Shown piece after piece: positions 58,923 to 64,000 of a stretch of DNA of 64,000 nt. Below the pieces are notes generated by a model. That model did not search any database. It had not been told where the DNA came from and was given only the letters and a program-made list of their open reading frames with translations. Numbering within the stretch: the stretch's first letter is position 1; the number at the start of each line of letters is the position of its first letter. The position numbers were made by a program, and so were the translations under genes. This DNA is from Flaccisagitta enflata (lineage: Eukaryota), in NCBI GenBank assembly GCA_965153355.1, contig OZ231126.1, positions 19,840,001 through 19,904,000 of the forward strand. Direction: 5' to 3'.

Positions 58923-58971
58923 CAGATAATCGGACCAAAAAAAAACATTTTTTAAGCGTGTGACATGTGTC

Positions 58972-59150
58972 AATGAATGAATGATGAATGATTTTATTTA
59001 CGAAAACATAGAACTACTATACAATGCAAAGAATTGTAGGAGCCCGCCTCGAAGGATAGCCTGTAAAGTCTGCACGCGGGGTTCCTAATCCTATTCTTGC
59101 AATATCGAGTATCTCCACTTTTTTGCGATGGAAAATGAATCCTCTTATTC
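58972..59150 (-). mobile_element. Probable 3' end of a LINE/SINE
   Basis: On the minus strand: a hairpin (aggaaccccgc...gcgggctcct), then AATAAA followed by a (TCAT)n tail. This is typical retroposon 3'-end architecture. Confidence 0.45.
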
Positions 59151-59163
59151 CATCATGAAGTCA

Positions 59164-59517
59164 TTTTTAGTCGCGTGCACGCGACTCTACACCCCGCTTT
59201 GTCGGTCCGTCGGTCCGTCGGTCCGTCGGTCCGTCCGTCGGTCCGTCACACTTTACTTTTTTTGTAATATAACGTCAACTCTTAGGTAATTTTAGGTCTT
59301 TTTTAGTCATTAACAGTTATTCTAAGTCATTTTGAGTCATTTTAAGTCATTTTAAGTTATTCCGAGTCATTTTAAGTTATTTTAGGTCATTTTTGGTCAT
59401 TAGGTTTTTAGTCATTTTAAGTCCTTTTTGGACATTTTAAGTCATTCTAAGTCATTCAAAGTCATTTTTACCCTGTAAATCTCGCACGCAACTTATAGGT
59501 GTTGGCCTTGTTTTTTT
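59164..59517 (+). mobile_element. HINE subfamily C with internal 10-bp tandem array
   Basis: ttttt-AGTCGCGTGCACGCGACT palindrome, (GTCGGTCC)n microsatellite, (tttaagtcat)n array at about 59280-59470, 3' subTIR GCACGCAACT, and ggccttgttttt end. Confidence 0.8.
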
Positions 59518-59586
59518 ATGCAAGATGTTTATTGTTAGAGAAGGATGAAATTCATGAAAAGTGCGTCAGTCATGCATCTGTGGGTA

Positions 59587-59653
<67 letters not shown>

Positions 59654-61258
59654 CTTCGTGACGGCAAATCTTATTGATGCCGACTATTTCACCACTAGTT
59701 CGGCGGCGATTGCCATTGACCGATGCCGATTTTCCGTTATTGGCCTAGGGATTACCATCCATTGGACTGCTCAGGTCATGCGAATTAGACGAACTTTTCG
59801 ATACAGGCGAGGCCGGTACTAACGAGATTTTTTAACAAAGAAATAAAAGAAAAATACAGGGACCAATGAAATGTTTCCGCTACTGCTGGGTTTCCGTTAC
59901 TCTTGGGTCCGTTATTGCAAAGTTTAACTGTATGTGGAAAGAAAGAAAAGGAATCGGAAAAGGGAAAAGATTTTAGGGAGAATCGGAGAATAAGAGACAA
60001 ATTGAATGATACGAGGATGGGAGGATGGGAGGATGATGAAGGGAGAGAGATTGAACAACTGTAGACGAGATTGAGGGAGCTACGAAATGGGGCGAGGGGG
60101 GGGGATAGGGGGAGCTGGTTGATCAATCAGTATGCAGTTCAATCTGATCAAAGTAATAGTGAAACAGTTCGATGATGCTGTATCTGTGTCTGGCTATTTT
60201 CGAACACAATTTCCCGCCTCTGAAACAGTCTGCTGGAAATCACTTTCATATTTGCAGGTTCCTTTACCTCATCTTATCTCCAATATCATCTACTACTTAC
60301 AGAAGAAGAGAGAGATAGACATTCTTCGCCCTTTATCCCTTTTCTTCCTGACCTCCAGTAGACCTTCTCAGGGTCATCTTCCACTTAATTCTTTTTGCAT
60401 CCGGGGTTTTTGTCCCCTCTCACTTCTCTTTTGCATCTTTCCCGTCATCCGGGTCACTCGGCTATGAATTTCGTTTTGGAAACCCAAAAGGTCAAAATGT
60501 CTCCTTTTCTCGCTCCTCTTCCTCGCTCCTCTTCCTCTTCCTCTTTACTTTCTTTACTTCTTTTCATCTTCTTACTCCTCCTCTTACTCCTTCTCCTCCT
60601 CAACCATTCCCAGGAGGTGACCATAATTTTTCCTTAAGAGGAATGCCCATTAAGGGCAGAGAGGGAAGAATATAGAAGCTGCGACAGATGGAGGAAGGGG
60701 CGGGGCAGGAGGAGGAGTAAGAAGAGGAGGATACAGATAAGTTAAGAAGATGAGGAGGTGGTGGCCTTTGGTTGCTTTTTCCATAGAAGAGCCCCGGGGG
60801 CCACTAGGGGGACTTTCAGAGACCACTTTGGGGACTTTTGAGACTTGAGAAAATTTCCTCCATGTTTTTTGCCCAAATACGAATATGTCAAAGGTTTTTC
60901 ATGAATCTGCCAGCATCCACCGCTCATAATGGAATCTGGGCTATCTGTGTCTTGTCTTTCTCTGTGTCTCTCACCTTTCTGGATCGGCGTTTCTGTCTCT
61001 CTGATAGGTTTAGCAGGTTTTTTTCACGCTTGGAACAAAAATATATCAGAAAATACAATTATGAATTTGAGTTCTTTATGTGTAATGGTTTTGATTTAAA
61101 ATGCTTCACGATCATTACAAACTGTCGTCCTCATCTGATTTTTTCAACTTATTGCCTTTTTGTACAGTTGACTGTCTGTCTGCCTTTCTGTCTGTCTGTC
61201 TCTGTCTCTGTCTCTCTCTCTGTCTCTCTCTCTGTCTCTCTCTGTCTCTCTGTCTCTC

Positions 61259-61341
<83 letters not shown>

Positions 61342-61588
61342 GCTCGCGTGCACGCACGGATTAATCTTCAATCGTCGCATAAGCTTCAAGTAAAGACTTT
61401 CTGAGCCTTTGACTTTCACACACTTTCTCCCCTTATTGCTTCCATGCTCTCCGTCTTTCTCTGTATTTTCCTTTCTCTGTCTTAACGTTAATTCTTCCTT
61501 TCTTTCTTTTCATTTTTTCTTTGTTTACTTTTTGTTTGTTTGTTTGTTTGTTTGTTTGTTTGTTTGTTTGTTTGTTTGTTTGTTTGTT

Positions 61589-61619
<31 letters not shown>

Positions 61620-61636
61620 CTCGTTCTTTCCTTTTT

Positions 61637-61716
<80 letters not shown>

Positions 61717-61719
61717 TTT

Positions 61720-61803
<84 letters not shown>

Positions 61804-62093
61804 TTTTTCTTTCTCTCTTCCTTTCTCCTTCTTTTACTTTCCTCCTTTCTTATTTGTACGTTTAGTACAGCATCATTCTGCTGGACCCACTGACCATAAA
61901 CGCTGCAACCTTTTGGGTAAGAGAAAGTCCACATAAGAGATTGGTGATTCCCATGCAGCAGCATCAAAGTGACTTTGCTACATCCTTCTTCACCATTTGC
62001 CCTTTGTGCTCTTTGAAAGACTTTCTTAAATTTCACCGAGGCATCTCTTTCTGTTCTTCATCCGATGGCTAAATCTTTAAACCTTGAGATATA

Positions 62094-62345
62094 CAGTCTA
62101 TGGACATTTCGGTATTTGTAGATATGTCAGCAGTTTGGTACATTTCAACCTGTTGAAATTTCTCATTCCGGCATATTTCAACGGGTTGAAATCTTTCATT
62201 CTACTGATATTGATCTTGTAGAATGAGAGATTTCAACATGTTGAAATGTGCCAAAATGAGAGATTTCAACCCCTTGAAATATGCCAGAATGAAAGATTTC
62301 AACGGGTTGAAATATATCTACAAATACCGAAATGTCCATAGACTG
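62094..62345. mobile_element. TA-flanked MITE, 252 bp, with internal 33-bp palindromic repeats
   Basis: Perfect 32-bp TIR CAGTCTATGGACATTTCGGTATTTGTAGATAT with TA(TA) flanks. Five ATTTCAAC-NN-GTTGAAAT units. Confidence 0.9.
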
Positions 62346-62960
62346 TATAAAGTCACCCAAAATTCTTCACCAATACGTAAAAGCTTGAAACGGAGTTGTC
62401 TTCATAATATGCTTTTTTGCACTCAAGGTTTACTTTAATTGCCATTCTTTAAGGCGATGATACTCTCAAATCAATGCAAACAATTTCGTTAATTGTGGCT
62501 CTGCAGATTAAGAATTCAGACATCTAGTAAAGGGTGTATGCTTTGGTAAAAGGGAGTAAGTTATGTCATCCTATCACGCCAAAGGCATTTCTAGAAAAAA
62601 AAGATCAACCATTTTCCTCCCCAAAGGCTTATCGCATCACAGAGAGAAAAAAGAAGGTCCCATGGATTTGGGACACGGGATTTGAAAGTCATAGGCGGCT
62701 TTTGTATACATCCATTGATATATCAAAATGACGACCAAAGCGTCTCCTAGCAGTCAATCTCCTATGTGTCAACACAGCTGCCTTTCTTTTTCTTAAACGG
62801 CTCTTCTTTTCTTTCTTTGCTTTTTCTCTTTTCTTTTTTTCTTTCCCTATCTCTCTCCCTCGGCTTTTTCTCTCCCTCTTTCTTCCTGATGCCAACTCTC
62901 TCTCTCTCTCTCACCCCTGCTGTGATGATAGTCGACTTTAGCCGTCAATGGAAGAAGCGC

Positions 62961-63063
<103 letters not shown>

Positions 63064-63619
63064 TGCAGATGTGTACATCTTGATTTCCTCATTTGTTTGA
63101 TTTTCGTATCTTCTCTCCTTGGCCGTCATCGCATCAACGTTGCCAACAACATCGTCATCATTTTCATCGCATATTGAGACCGTTATCTGTGACCCTGACA
63201 ACCGAAACAAACCTCACGTTCGTCTGTCTGTCTACCTAACTCGTTCTGTATGTAAATGTTGTGTTATCCTTCTCGTATATCTGTCTGCATCTTCATATGT
63301 TTACTGTTTAGTCAAACTATTCAAGATCGCAGACTAGTCTACTCATGAAAACGAAATAAGTGGCAAATTACTGCTGAATAACTATCGTTGATCAAGTAGG
63401 CAAGTGCCATTCGAAATTGCCATTTCTCTCTCCCATTTTTGAGGTGCATGACCGAATGGTCAAAGAGGATGTAAGTAACTGAGTTTCTCTCTCTGAAACA
63501 AAGTTGTCGAGGTCAACTGAACTATCACAATACTTTTGTCCGCCTATGTCCTTTGTCTTGGCCACTTGTCATGCGAGGCCAGTCAGGTCATCATCGAGGC
63601 CAGTAAGCAGGCCTTGATT

Positions 63620-63710
63620 TAGAGCGGGCCCGCGGGCCCGAGGCCCGCAATTTGGCTGTCGGGCCCGCACTTTTTGCTAGCAGTGGGCCCGGTTGGCCCG
63701 CTCCCATTTG
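63620..63710. mobile_element. Possible left end of a hAT-like element
   Basis: TAGAGCGGGCCCG start with clustered GGCCCG motifs, then AT-rich interior. Other end not in window. Confidence 0.4.
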
Positions 63711-64000
63711 GCTACCTGTTTTGCACTCAACTTTTTTCTCTGAAACTGTTTTGATGACGTTCTTCAAAGTTACATTTCATGAATTAAAAAAAAAAGAAAA
63801 AAAGAATGATTCTGAATAGTCTCTCCTCTGAGACGTTCAAAGCATACACCTTGGGTAGCATGTCATACATAGAAAACTTTTTGTAAATCGACTTTTTAAA
63901 GAAAACAATTTTTTTGCTGCCATAAGTCGACTTGAGACTTTCTAATGGGGGTAATCGGCAAATCTTGATACAAGTTCTCTATATTTTTTTGAAGCACCAT

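Noticed and set aside
60799..60815. CTCF-like GGCCACTAGGGGGAC
   Set aside because: It lies among repeated GGGGACT motifs that look like transposon subterminal repeats; a single motif is not evidence of function.
62142..62313. Palindromic repeats ending GTTGAAAT, reminiscent of CRISPR repeats
   Set aside because: Spacers are copies of each other, and the array is inverted and enclosed by MITE TIRs.

Overview
Eukaryotic, most likely invertebrate animal, genomic DNA that is extremely rich in microsatellites (roughly 40 (AG/CT)n tracts plus (AAAG)n, (AAG)n, (AAC)n, (GAY)n and (TTCA)n) and almost entirely non-coding. Nearly all ORFs in the supplied track are translations of simple repeats. The only host coding sequence I can support is two + strand exons (40410-40580 and 40908-41092) of a ZNF423/ZNF521/Oaz-type multi-C2H2 zinc-finger gene. 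The exons before and after were not confidently found, so most of the window is probably intronic or regulatory territory of this gene. The rest is mostly non-autonomous transposons: several subfamilies of DINE-1/Helentron-like elements (HINEs), TA-flanked Tc1/mariner-type MITEs, hAT-type elements with 8-bp TSDs, one Mutator-like element with a 9-bp TSD, a 5'-truncated LINE inside a (TTC)n tract, two nested insertions and several minisatellites. No rRNA, tRNA, CRISPR or prokaryotic system was found, and I cannot claim a new biological system. The best leads are a phase-symmetric exon with a PPxY motif and six tandem PX(S/T)P sites in the ZNF423-like protein, and the HINE family with co-varying subterminal repeats and a fold-back member.
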